DNA of 64,000 nt from Selaginella moellendorffii (taxonomy: Eukaryota > Plantae > Lycopodiophyta): contig NW_003314261.1 in the NCBI RefSeq assembly GCF_000143415.4, forward strand, positions 5,358,360 through 5,422,359. Direction: 5' to 3'. Position 1 is the first letter of the stretch; each line of letters opens with the position of its first letter. The notes under the pieces were generated by a model. The model was not told the DNA's origin. It made no database searches and saw only the letters and a program-made list of their open reading frames with translations. The position numbers were made by a program, and so were the translations under genes. Shown piece by piece: positions 35,275 to 46,989 of the stretch.

Positions 35275-35749
35275 TTGAATAGTTAAATATTTTTCAATTT
35301 TTATTTTATATAAATTTTATCGAGGTATGATTTAAAGTTATGGAATATATTATATAGATATTACAATAAATGACTCCTTATAAGTAATTTATTAATTAAG
35401 TTGTGAAAATACTTTATAAAAAATATATAAATTTGAATGTGTGAGTGCTTGGAATATAAAAATAAGTATATTAATTAGGGTTTAGACCTCTGAAAATGAA
35501 TGGACCAGATTCAATCCTAAATGGACAATCCATATATGTAAGTAAATAAATTTTCCATTATATTTTAGTTATTTAAGCATATCTTTAATCACTTGGAGGA
35601 GTCTTATTCATAATCTCCATAAGTTTTATTCCTGATTTAAAGGCATCTTAGCCTTGTGAATGGTATTTATGTTACTCAGCCTTTGCACTTAGTCTAAATG
35701 CTTCATGTGTTCTATCTTACGACAAACACTCAAAGGTATTACTGATATA

Positions 35750-37560
35750 TCAGCTTATTATATTAAAATTATGTCCATCCTTTGGCTCGTGAGTAATACA
35801 AGACCACCTGTACCATAATTTCATTTCTCAAAGATTAGGCCATTCATTTAAGAGTGGTCATCCCATGATTACACCTTACCATCTTTGGGATACCCAAAGA
35901 CATACAAAACACCCTTCTTTAATATCCCTTCTTTAATCCCCACTAAATCCCTTTCAATCCACGTTCATTCTTGTTAACACCACCATTGGGTCAAGGCCCA
36001 AAGGCCCAACTATTAAGTCATGTGTTAGATTGCGAATTTGGATATGGGATGAACCCTATTGTGTTTAAGACAATCTTTACATTTCATAAATATACCAAAT
36101 TAGCAAATCTAGACACTTTCCATAAATAGCAATTAGGACTGAACAAAACCAACACAAAAGGTATGATAGCGAAGGTATTTAGTAAACACAGTAAGTTATT
36201 ATTTGGTGATATTGAAGAACTAGTCTCAATATATGAGGGTTCTTGTTAAGTTAATGCAAGATAGAGCAAAAGAGAACTAAAAGCCAAACTGAGTAAACTC
36301 AATAAAAAACACATAGGAGTTTCTACTTTATATTTATCTAGTTAAGTACAGATGCTAAGTCTAGTTTGAACAAGAGGCGCTGAAAAAGAGAATTAGCAAC
36401 ACCGACTTCCTGCCGTCATAGCAATAAAGAAAGAATATCTGAAAGGATTAGCTGATAGGTAATTTTCAATACTCGCAATCATATTCGTGACACCAAGGCT
36501 GAAACTAAGATTGAGTCTAAGTTCAAGTTCAAATTCAAATCTAAATCCAAGTCCAAGTATAAGTCCGAGTCCAAGTCTATATCCAAATCCAAGTTTAAGT
36601 CTAAGGGTGAAAGCCCAAAACAATCATCTCCCAAACCCTAAGGGGTTTGGTGAGCTCTAAAAGTATAGTAAAGGGAAGACTTTAATAGAACTAATTTGGC
36701 CAGAAAAAGTTAAGGTTATATTTATATAGTAGGTGATGATATAACCATTGAAGAGTCCAAAGTTAAAGTGAATATAAATGAAGAAGTGTTCAAGAGCCAA
36801 CTCTAGCTCTCTCAGGCATGACTATATCCTTGATCACTATACAAAAGGATTGTTCCTTTTCTTTTCCACAGTTTGGGACTTTAAGATGATATTTCAAATA
36901 TTGTAACCCAATATGAGCCTCATGAGTACTCTCCCCATCTTTCACCTCTAAGTGCCCTAACCATGTGGCTAGAGCAAGGTTCTAATAAACCACGCTAGAT
37001 ATCCAAGTAAATAATGCCACCCACATTTGAATTGGGAGCATTAACTATTTGATCTCCCGAGGGAGCTAAAGCTAGTTCTTAAATATTTCATCAAGTTACC
37101 CTACTTGTCCATCCGTATTCACTTTTTATATCATCACCCACCATGTAGATATAACCTTCTTTAGTCACATTAGCTTTTCTTAACCAAATTGATTCCATTG
37201 GAATCCTCCCCTTTATTATACTCTTGGAGCTTACTAAACCTCTTAGGGTTTAGGAGATGATTGCTTTGAGCTTTCACCTTTAGATTTGGATTTGGACTCG
37301 GATTTGGACTTAGACTTAAACTTGGACTCGAACTTGCACTCAAACTTAGACTTGGACTCAGACTCGGACTCAGACTTATTCTCGGTCTCGGTCCCGGTTT
37401 TGGTCCCATTTTAAACTCCTTTTTAGACTCCATCTCAAACTCTTTCTTGGACTCCATTTTAAATTCTTTTTTAAACTTCATCTGAAACTCTTTCTTGGAC
37501 TCTATCTCAAACTTTTTTTTATACTCCATCTTAGACTCTTTTTAAGACTCCATCTCGGAT
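35750..37560. mobile_element. Scrambled, C>T-decayed fragments of the LARD family: reverse LTR start ~36020-36492 and internal pieces in both orientations
   Basis: 36395-36492 is the reverse complement of the LTR start. 36500-36815 and 37055-37560 match 16300-16760 in opposite orientations. Confidence 0.8.
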
Positions 37561-38263
37561 GTATAATAATATTATCTTAATAATTTTTAACATAATATAA
37601 AATAAAATCTATAATATTTATTTAAATAATAACAAAACTACATTAATAGTTAATTAACTTATAGGATGACATATTTAAAATTAATATTAATAATGAAAAT
37701 AAAGTTTCTAATTTATAAAAAACCTTATAACTTAGTTTAGTTTTTGCTGCTCTATTGGCTAAAAGTGTTTTAGTCTAATAAATGGTAAGACTATCAGCTT
37801 TTTTTATCCTAAGTATTCATAAATTCATTTTCATTTGATAGTAATTTCCCCAAAAAAATTAATATATTTAATTTTTAGTTTGAAAAGCTTAAATGATTGC
37901 AATCGTATTAACACTTAAAATATATTTAAAATTATTAACCCAATTTTAAAATGGTATTTTATTCACAAATATAAAATAATATTTTTTATATGTATTCTAA
38001 AAAACAATGAATAGATTCTCAGTAGTGGAGAAGGATGATACGTCTCTGTCAATGGACATGAATCATATGATCAATCAATAGAGCTCCACTGCCACGATCG
38101 ACAATGAAGAGAGAACAAGCTGGCATGAGGTCCATGTCCTTTTCTCGGTCGTTCTCCATGTGGATCGACTTTCCTTTGCTGAATCCTCTGTCTCCACCGC
38201 GTTCTTAAATAGTGATCGCTCCCTGCACGATCGTTCCACCACGATCTTAAATGAGCGAGAGGA

Positions 38264-41200
38264 TCACTCGGGCGAATTGCAAATCGAGGAGTGTTGTTGT
38301 TGTTGTTGTTGTTGCTGGCAGCACGAGGTCTCCTTCCTGCGGGGCATCGCCTCGGACAGCATTGTCACCACGTCGCGCATGGAGGGTCTCTCGCGGGGGA
38401 GTTTGCTCGTGCACAGCAGCGCAATCCGAAGCACCAAAACCATCTCTTCCTCCACCGATGACCCCGGGGCCGCGATGCTCGGGTCCAAGACGCTGTTCGA
38501 GACCTTGTGACTAGCCGGATTGTTGCTGGTGGTGTTGCACTGGAGGATCTTGTGACGAACCCACTCGACAATGTTGACGTTGTCTCCAAACTCGGGCTCC
38601 ACGGGACGCTTGCCCGTGAGGAGCTCGAGGAGAACCACGCCGAAGCTGTAGACGTCGCCCCTCTCGTCCACTCGCATCGTGTACGCATACTCTAGAAAAG
38701 GAGAGAACCAAAGGTTAGATTTCAGAAAACAATGCCTTGTTTAGGCATTTGCTGCAAACATAGCAGTTCTCCAGTAAAACATTCAACAGGAGCAAACATC
38801 TTTACAACCAGAAAATATTTCAACAACACAAACATCTTTTACATGTATCCAACGCATGAATCTGGAAACGTCACAAACAAAACAATGTCCCGCTAGCAAA
38901 CAATCATAGCAATCCATATACCCAAAGAGGGCATAGCAAGAAAACGAAGCATTTCTCCTTACCTGGAGGAATGTAGCCATACGATCCGGCAACGACGGAC
39001 ATGGGCTGATCGCTACACTCGACAAGCTTGGCTACCCCAAAGTCCGCCACCCGAGCCTCCATATCTGCATCGAGCAAGATGTTACTCGACTTCACGTCCC
39101 GGTGGACGATCTGCGGGAAGCAGTCATGGTGGAGGTAGCACAGCCCCTGTGCGATGCCCACCGCCACCTTGTACCGCGCGACCCAGTCCGCCAGCACGCT
39201 CCCGGCCTTCCCATGCAGCGCGTCACTCAGGCTCCCATTGGGCATGTACTCGTAGATGAGGAGGCTCGTGTCCCCGTTGGAGCAGTAGCCGAGCAGCCGG
39301 ACGATGTTGCGGTGCCGGATGCCGCCCAGGAGGTTCACCTCGGCCAGGAAGCCGCGCTGTACGTGGCCGGCGGTATCCTTCCTCGCGCTCGTGTTGAGCT
39401 TCTTTACCGCCAGGACCTCGCCGTTCTTCATCTCGGCCTTGTACACGGTCCCGGCGGCGCCCTTGCCGACGACGTTGCTGTCCGTGAGGCACTCGAGCAC
39501 GTCGAAGGAAGTGTAGCCCAGCCGTTGGAACGCCGTGAGCTTCCACTCCAAGAGATTGAGATGGAGGTCGTGATCGCCTCCTTGCTTCTGCTGCTGCTGC
39601 TGCTTGATCGTGGCGATGGTGCCGCAGATCCACCGCCAGGAGATCGCCAAGACGCCCACGCTCGTCGCCACCACCAGCGCGATGATCCAGCCCAGCGTCT
39701 TCCCGTTGAGCCGGCTGTCCGGCCCCGGGGCGGCGGAGTCCGAGAAGAAGTCCGAGCCGCCGGCAGTACATGGCCGTTTCTCGGACAGTATACCGCCGCA
39801 CAGCCCCGGGTTGCCCGAGAAGGAGCTCGGGTTCTCCGTCCGGAAGATGCCCAGCGTGGGCATCTGGCCTGAGAGCTCGTTCTGGGACACATTGAAGCTC
39901 TCCAGAGTGTCCGATTCCTCGAGCACGCGAGGGATCGCGCCCGTTAGCTGATTCCGCGAGAGATCCACCGTAGCCAGCACTGGAAGCTCTGCTATGGCAC
40001 GCGGTATCTCCCCTGACAGCCGGTTACCGCTTAGGTCCACCGCAATCATCCTCTTGCAACCCGCGATCTCCTCCGGGATCGTCCCGGATAGGGCGTTGTC
40101 CGAGAGATCGAGCTTCTGCAAGCTCATGGCCTCGCCGATACCGCGCGGTATGACGCCGGACAGCCCGTTGCCGGCGAGGAAGAGCTCCTGGAGCTGCGGT
40201 ACTGTGAAGAGCCGCGGCGGTATACCGCCCGAGAGCCGGTTACCCGAGAGGTCGATCGAGGAGAGCTGCGGCGCGTCGGCGAGGGCGTCTGGGATCTCAC
40301 CCGAGAGGAGATTGTCCGCGAGCTCGAGCTTGTTGAGGCCGCGCATGGATCCAAACTCGCGCGGCACGGGGCCGGAGAGGCGGTTCTCGTGGAGCCGGAC
40401 GCGCACGAGCTGCGAGCAATTGGAGAGATCCGGGATGGAGCCCGTGAGGCGATTCGCGAAGAACTCGAGCTTGACGAGCGATCCGCCGCGGCAGATCCAG
40501 TCGGGGATGGGGCCGGAGAGGCGATTGGAGGAAGCATCGATCCAGACGAGGCCTGGCGAGGATCCCAGCCCCGGCGGCAGCGATCCCGTGAAAGAGTTCG
40601 TGAAGATCTTGAGCACCTGGAGGCTGGGGAGCTCGCCGATGAATCGCGGCAGTGGGCCGGAGAGATCGTTGATCATGAGGTTGAGCAGCGTGAGGCGGTG
40701 GAGCGCCGCGAAGGAATCGGGGATTGGCCCGGAGAGGCTGTTGTTGCTAAGATCCAGGGACATGAGCTCGCCCATGGCGCCCATGGAGGAGGGCAAAGGT
40801 CCCGAGAGCCTGTTCTGGAAGAGGAAGGTCGTGTTGCAACGCGAGAGATTGCCGATGCTGGGAGGGATCGCGCCGGAGAGATTGCATCGTTCCAGGCTGA
40901 GGTAGCGGAGCTCGCCAAGATCGCCGATGGAGTCCGGGATCCTGCCCGAGAGGAAGGGATTGTAGCTCAGCTGGAGTACCTGGAGCGCCGAGAGCTTGCC
41001 GATGGAGGCCGGGATCTCGCCCGTGAGGACATTGCCCGAGAGGCGGAGCAATCGCAGGGATTGCAAGGCCGTGAGCTCGCTAGGGATCGCGCCATCGAAG
41101 TAGCTCCCGCCGAGATCCAGGTGCTCCAGCGCGCTCGCGCCGCCGAGATCCGGGGGGATCGCGCCCGAGAAATTGTTGTTGTAGGCGCGGAGGAATCGCA

Positions 41201-41660
41201 GGCGCGGCAGCGATCCAAGCCCTGGCGGGAGCTCGCCCGAGAAGAGATTGACGGCGATGTCCAGCACGGTGAGATTGGAGAGCTCGGCGATGGCGGGGGG
41301 CAAGGGACCCGAGAGGGCGTTGTCCGAGAGATTGAGGAAGGAGAGGGAGGAGAGGCGGCCGAGGTGGGAGGAGAGCGATCCGGAGAGGTTCTTGGAGTGG
41401 AGATCGAGCGAGGTCACGGGGCCGGCGGCGGTGGAGCAAGTGACGCCGCTCCATTGGCAGTGGCTGGCGGCGGCGCCGCTAGAGGGATCCGACCACCAGT
41501 CTTGGAGGAGCTTGGCCGGGTCCATGGATTCCGCCAGGGACTTGAGGATGGAGGCCTCGTCGGTTGGATCGTCCGCGCGCGCTGCCAGGAGGAGGATCGA
41601 GAATGCCATCGCCAAGAGCACATTGCCTGGGATGTCATTCTTCTTCTTCTTCTTCTCCAT
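38264..41660 (-). CDS. LRR receptor-like kinase subfamily XI, PXY/TDR-like; intron 38692-38962
   Basis: Signal peptide, HCQWSGVTC cap, ~20 plant LRRs including DLGGSYFDG, GNPGLCG, TM helix, WKLTAFQRL, GTVYKAEMKNGEVLAVKKL, HRDVKSSN, DFG, GSYGYIPP|EY. Confidence 0.9.
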
Positions 41661-44172
41661 AGCTATGATGTTGTTTCCTTGCTCTAAGATCACTTGCTAG
41701 AAATTCTTGGAGTGGAAGATCTCTTCTCTAGCTATAAGCTGCTAGCTATAGCTCATGCTCTTCTCCTTGATTTCATAGATCACTAGGGAACTTTTGGAAG
41801 AGATTTCCTTAGAATCTATGAACATCTGTGAGGTGATGTTGTGAGGATTTATTCTTGCACTCAACTTGGTGGATCTTCCAGCAGCTGCATTTCAAGAGAT
41901 TTTGAGAAGGCTATTCCAACTTTGCTGGGAGCAGAAGTTTAATCTATCTATTATGCCTGCCTATCCTGTTCTTGTGGATCATGAGCCAAAAATTCTCTTT
42001 AGGCTACCTAGCTCATGCTGCTGCTACACTACTTCTTCCATTCTATACTATGTTCTTCCTTTCCAAATAAAACTATTACTTTGTTTGGTAGCCTTGGGCC
42101 AGCAAGTTGCTAGGCTCAGTTCTTTTCAATTTTAAAAATTTGGATTACTTGTTTCTGTAATCTGGAATCCAAGTGTCTGAAAAAACACTTCTTGATCAAC
42201 TCAAGAACTCAATATTTCAGATATGAACATTTGCTGATCCACTCAAGAACTTCAGATTTCTAATTGGAAATCAAGTCTTGTAAAGCCTCTTCTCTCTCTT
42301 CACAGCACAATCTCCCAGATGCCATGACAAGTCATTCGAATAAAATCTAAACAATTATTTGTACTAATCACCACACAGTCAACCTGGGAAGTGAGACTAT
42401 GGGTTAAACAAATGTAAAGCCATTGCCTCGTTAATCCCGTATGATCCCACACGAGCGCACGAGGACAAACAAAAAGAATCGCAGGCCAGCGTAGTTTAAT
42501 CGTATTACAAAACAATTGGCTTGATCTCGCCATTTATTCTAGAAAATTGAGAGGTTCCGTATACCATGTAACGATGATCTTCTTCTTGGCTTATAGAAAA
42601 CTCGTTTTATGCTTCCCTTTGGTGTTTGCGATGGAGGAATGAGAGCTCCAGAAATCTTGGCATGATCTCCGTTAAGATATTCCATTCGGTCCCTGCTTCC
42701 CGTTTGTTTTGAGCTTTCACTCCGAATAGAGCCCACCGTCGCTTTGGATTGGGCTTTGTTTTGGCTGATCGATACACAGGAGCGCAGCGCACAGATCAGA
42801 TCGCAAACTTCGACGAGAAAAGGAGAGCGATGTGGCTGGCTAGCTGGCGAGCTGTTCAGGCTCATCACACCACTGCTGGCCATTATCATCGCACCTCTCT
42901 ACTGCCTTTCGCTGAAATCGAGAGCAAAGAATGGGAGCAGAGTGAGAGAGTGTGCGTTGAAATAAGAAAGAAAAACAAAGAAACCATACCTTTGAACACT
43001 CCCCGAAATCACCAAAGCGCCTGAGTACAACACAATCAATGTCTTTGTCTCGAATCGATAATTGACTTTACTTTGTTGATCGATCACACCTGAAAACAAC
43101 GGCTTAGTGCCGGTGGTCCTGCCTGTGTTAGACAACTTAAATCGGGCCAGCACTTACTTCCTGTTTTCTATCTTTTGTTAGCGATGAATAGTCACAGCAG
43201 CTCACAGCAGCAGCAGCAGCAGAAGCAGTGTTGTTTGCATCGCCACCATTTGTTTATTGTTTCTCTTGGTACTTTGTCATTCTTCGGAAATGGACGAAAC
43301 GACTTGGCAGCGAGCGCCGAGAGAGAGGCCCCTCCATTTCTTTAATGTTGGAGATGAAATGCATGAATCATTCGCGGTGAGGTAGCTGTCGCATTCCCCA
43401 CCACCTTCGGATGGTTTTATCTTGTCCCATATTTGCGAGGATTCGCCCGCAACGGCATCCGGATGGCTGGCATGGCATCTCAAGCTCATAGCTTTTTCGT
43501 TGTTTCGTAGCTCGCTCGCTCCACCCAAAAGATGAATTGCCTGCGCGGTAGAAGAGTGTCAGACCACAAGGATGACAGCAAACGCGACACAAGCATGCGA
43601 TGGAACTCATCTCTGTCTCGTTGTAAGTTAGCGCTGTCCTGCGGCGAAGATTCGACCAATCAAGCGCGAGCTACTTACTGCCTCGGCCTTTACCGAATCC
43701 GCCAAGTAGTCCGCTGGGAGTGAAACTCCTCTCCGTCGTCACTCACTCATGAGAAGGCAGTGAGCTTAGAACAAAGAGAAAAGATAGAAAGTGCTACTTA
43801 CTTGACAGCTGCGTTAATAGCTTGTATAGCCACGGAATCGAAGATCTTTCTGACACAAAAGAGGGCGCAAAAAAAAAAAAGAAAAAAAAATCAGAAAGAG
43901 AGGAGCGAAAAGACTCGTGAAAACAAAAGATGCACTGGAAAAAGCAACACGGATGGATGGCTCAAGTCGGTGGTGCTGGTAGCTCTCCTCACTCTGCGAG
44001 GGTTTCTATCTTAAATTCGTGCAAGCCAGGCTAGTAGAGATCCAAGAGAGCTGCCAAAGTAGCTTTCAGTCAGTGGAATACGACGTAAAGATAAGGATAC
44101 ACCGTGCGCATCGCAGCTAGGCCAGGCCACTGTAACTTGTAAGTATAAGGCCATTAGCTTAGCGTTGCCACG

Positions 44173-44969
44173 CTACCAAACTTTGTTTGCAATGACGAGC
44201 CTGATGATCTCTTTTAACGTTTCCTGCACAGAATGAAATAAATACCAGTGTCCAAGAAGTAGTAGAGCATAGATGTACCTGGGAGTGATCTTTCAATCCA
44301 AGAGACAAAACCAATGACCGCGAAGAGCCAGAGTTGCTGCCAAGAGGATTAAGATTGCTAGCATTAACACAGACTGCACAGGGAACTATGGAGATCGTTA
44401 TGTACCTTATGAGCTCTATAAGCTGTCGAGCACATGCAACCAGTAGAGGCTGCAAGCAATGCAGAAGCTGAGTTCTAGAAAGAATTATGAGCTTCTGTAC
44501 CTCATCTCGCCGGCCCATGAGAACGTTCACGCTGTAAGAGAGCTCCCCGCATTCGCCTTCCTCCTTCCTGCGTGGAAATATGAGAATATCAGACTGCGTG
44601 CACTGAAAGATCCAGAAAGCATGTCGGACGCTGTAGAAGCATCAGTAATTGAATCCTAGAATATAAGGCACGGCCAGAGAGGAACACGTACCTGGCTTGT
44701 AAGATCGTGCCCATTCTTCCAATTTGCGTCGCAAGGACCTGAGCAAGAAGGTTTATATCTTTCTTTTCTCCAGAGCCAAAGTTTAATGGTCGAGCTTACC
44801 ATGATATGGTCGTCATAGCCACTTAGCACGAAATGCGTCTCGCAACCCTGTCAAGCACAAAGACTCTCAGTAGAAGAAAGAACTGGAAAAAAACCAAGCT
44901 GGGCAGCGAGAGATTTACCTGGACAGTGGAAGAGAACTGTGCCGTCGAGACAGGGAAGCGACTCGCCAT
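44173..44969 (-). CDS. PAC3: Proteasome assembly chaperone 3 (PAC3/PSMG3), multi-exon
   Basis: Spliced MASRFPVSTAQFSSTVQ / GCETHFVLSGYDDHIM / VLATQIGRMGTILQAR / VNVLMGRRDE / PLLVACARQLIELI / RSLVLSLGLKDHSQ / ETLKEIIRLVIANKVW*. Confidence 0.82.
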
Positions 44970-45005
44970 TGTCGAAAATGTAGAACCCTAGACCCCCGCT
45001 GTGAC

Positions 45006-46868
45006 TTACTTCGTATACATGTTGGCCAGCAACACGTATCCAGCAGTGTTCGTGGGACTTCCACGGAAAAGTTCCTGGACAGCACCAGGAGCCCTCGCCA
45101 AGTCGCTGTGAATCCCACACGACGCGAGGAACGCTGTAGCATCCGGCACGAACGGCATACTCCCAACCAGTTCTTCCGCGTCTCCGAGCTTCCCGACTCG
45201 GCCAAGTATGTCGATCATGCAGCTGAAGTGATCCTTGCTGGGTTTCACGCCGTGATCTACCACCATGGATTCGAAGCAAGCGTAGGCTTTCTCCAAGCTT
45301 CCGGCGTGGCTGAATCCCAGGAGGATGCATATGAAGCAGATCTTGTCCAGTGTCATGCCTTCCACTTGCATCGCTCGGAAGATCTCGAGAGCTCGATCGA
45401 CGTGCCCGTTGCGAGCGAATGCCACGAGAAGAGCGGTCCATGAGACGTCGTCCTGGAGCGGCATCTCGGCGAAGAGAGAGCTCGCTTCGTCCATATGCCC
45501 GTTGTGAGCGAGCACTCCCAGCATGGTCGTCCAGGAGATCTCGTCCCGGAGAGGCATCACGAAGAACAAGCTCCGGCACTCCTCCAGACTCCCAGTCGAC
45601 GCCAGCGCCGCGAGCATTGCAGTCCAGGACACGACGTCCCTCACTCCTATCCGATCAAAGAGAGCTTTTGCTTCCTCCGGTTGCCCGTTCTGGCCAAAGG
45701 CGAGCAGCATCGTGTTCCATGACACCAAGTTCTGCGAGGGCATCGCGTCGAAGATCTCCCTGGCCTGTTCCAAGAGTCCCTGCTCTGCGAACGCTCTCAG
45801 CATCGAGTTCCACGATATCAAGTTCCTGGCTTCCATCCTGTCGAACACCTCCTTGGTCTTCTCCAGATGCCCGTTCTGGGCGTAGCAGCCGAGAAGAGTG
45901 TTCCACGAGACGAGGTTCCTCCACGGCATCTGGTCGAAGATCTCCTGTGCTTGCTCCACCAAACCATTCTGGGCATAGCCCAGGAGCATTGCGTTCCTGG
46001 CAGCGATGTCCTGGACGGGCATAGCATCGAACAAGCTCCTGGCTTTCTCGATCAATCCCGCCGCTGCATAGGCCCCCAGCATCGTCGTCCACGAGACGAC
46101 GTCCTGGAAGGGCATTCGATCGAACAAGAACACCGCGTCTTCCAAGCTTCCAGCCTCGGAGAATGCCCCCAAGAGCGTCGTCCACGAGACAACGTCCCGC
46201 TCTGGCATCCAGGAGAACACCCTCTGGGCATCCTCGAGCAGCCCATTTTGCGCGAAAATCCCCAGCATCGCGTTCCAGGTGACGAGATTGTGCATCGGCA
46301 TTGCGTAGAACACGTTCTTGGCACGAGAGAGATCGCCGCTTTGGGCAAATGCCGCGATCATGGCGTTCCAGGAGATGATATCCGGATCCGGCATCCTGTC
46401 GAAGATGGCCTTGGCGGAATCGAGAAGGCCGTGCTTGGCGAAGGCGCTGCACATCGCATTCCAGGAGATGGAATTGGGGCTTGGCATCCTGTCAAACGCC
46501 GCCTTGGCCTGGGGAAGATTGCCGCTCTCGGAGAAGGCGCCGATCATGGCCGTGCACGCCACCACATCCGGCTCCGGCATCTGCTCGAAGAATCGCGCGG
46601 CGTCGGCCAGGGATCTGTTGCGGATGCATGCCAGGATCACGAGACGCCAGGAGAAATCGTTCTTGCCTGGGGTTGCGAAGAACACCGCCTTGGCCTCCTC
46701 CAGGCATCCGCAGCTCCCATATTTCTCGACCAAAAGATTGCAGAGGTAGACGCTAGATGATCGCAGCGATTCCGCCACAGAGATCACCCGGGGATGGATG
46801 ATTCTCAGCTCGGCCGCGCTCCGGCACGCCTTGATCAGCCCCACGCATTCCTCCAGCGCGGAGGCCAT
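45006..46868 (-). CDS. PLS-class PPR protein with a long run of 31-aa S-type repeats and an E domain, intronless, no DYW
   Basis: ~14 repeats of FDxMPxxNLVSWNxMLxAFAxxG, DHFSCMIDILGRVG...MPFVPD, ends YVLLANMYTK*. Confidence 0.93.
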   Translation of the reverse strand: MASALEECVGLIKACRSAAELRIIHPRVISVAESLRSSSVYLCNLLVEKYGSCGCLEEAKAVFFATPGKNDFSWRLVILACIRNRSLADAARFFEQMPEPDVVACTAMIGAFSESGNLPQAKAAFDRMPSPNSISWNAMCSAFAKHGLLDSAKAIFDRMPDPDIISWNAMIAAFAQSGDLSRAKNVFYAMPMHNLVTWNAMLGIFAQNGLLEDAQRVFSWMPERDVVSWTTLLGAFSEAGSLEDAVFLFDRMPFQDVVSWTTMLGAYAAAGLIEKARSLFDAMPVQDIAARNAMLLGYAQNGLVEQAQEIFDQMPWRNLVSWNTLLGCYAQNGHLEKTKEVFDRMEARNLISWNSMLRAFAEQGLLEQAREIFDAMPSQNLVSWNTMLLAFGQNGQPEEAKALFDRIGVRDVVSWTAMLAALASTGSLEECRSLFFVMPLRDEISWTTMLGVLAHNGHMDEASSLFAEMPLQDDVSWTALLVAFARNGHVDRALEIFRAMQVEGMTLDKICFICILLGFSHAGSLEKAYACFESMVVDHGVKPSKDHFSCMIDILGRVGKLGDAEELVGSMPFVPDATAFLASCGIHSDLARAPGAVQELFRGSPTNTAGYVLLANMYTK

Positions 46869-46989
46869 CCGCAGAGCCCTAAACCTAGGTGCGCTACTCG
46901 CCCGCCAAAATTCCGAATATCCTCACAGTTTAAAAAGACCGCCAAATTAAAAAAACCGAATATCCTCGCGATTTAAAATTTTGTGACTT

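Noticed and set aside
42539-42889. 116-aa ORF upstream of the RLK (small peptide, CLE or miRNA precursor?)
   Set aside because: No signal peptide, CLE motif, or recognisable miRNA hairpin.
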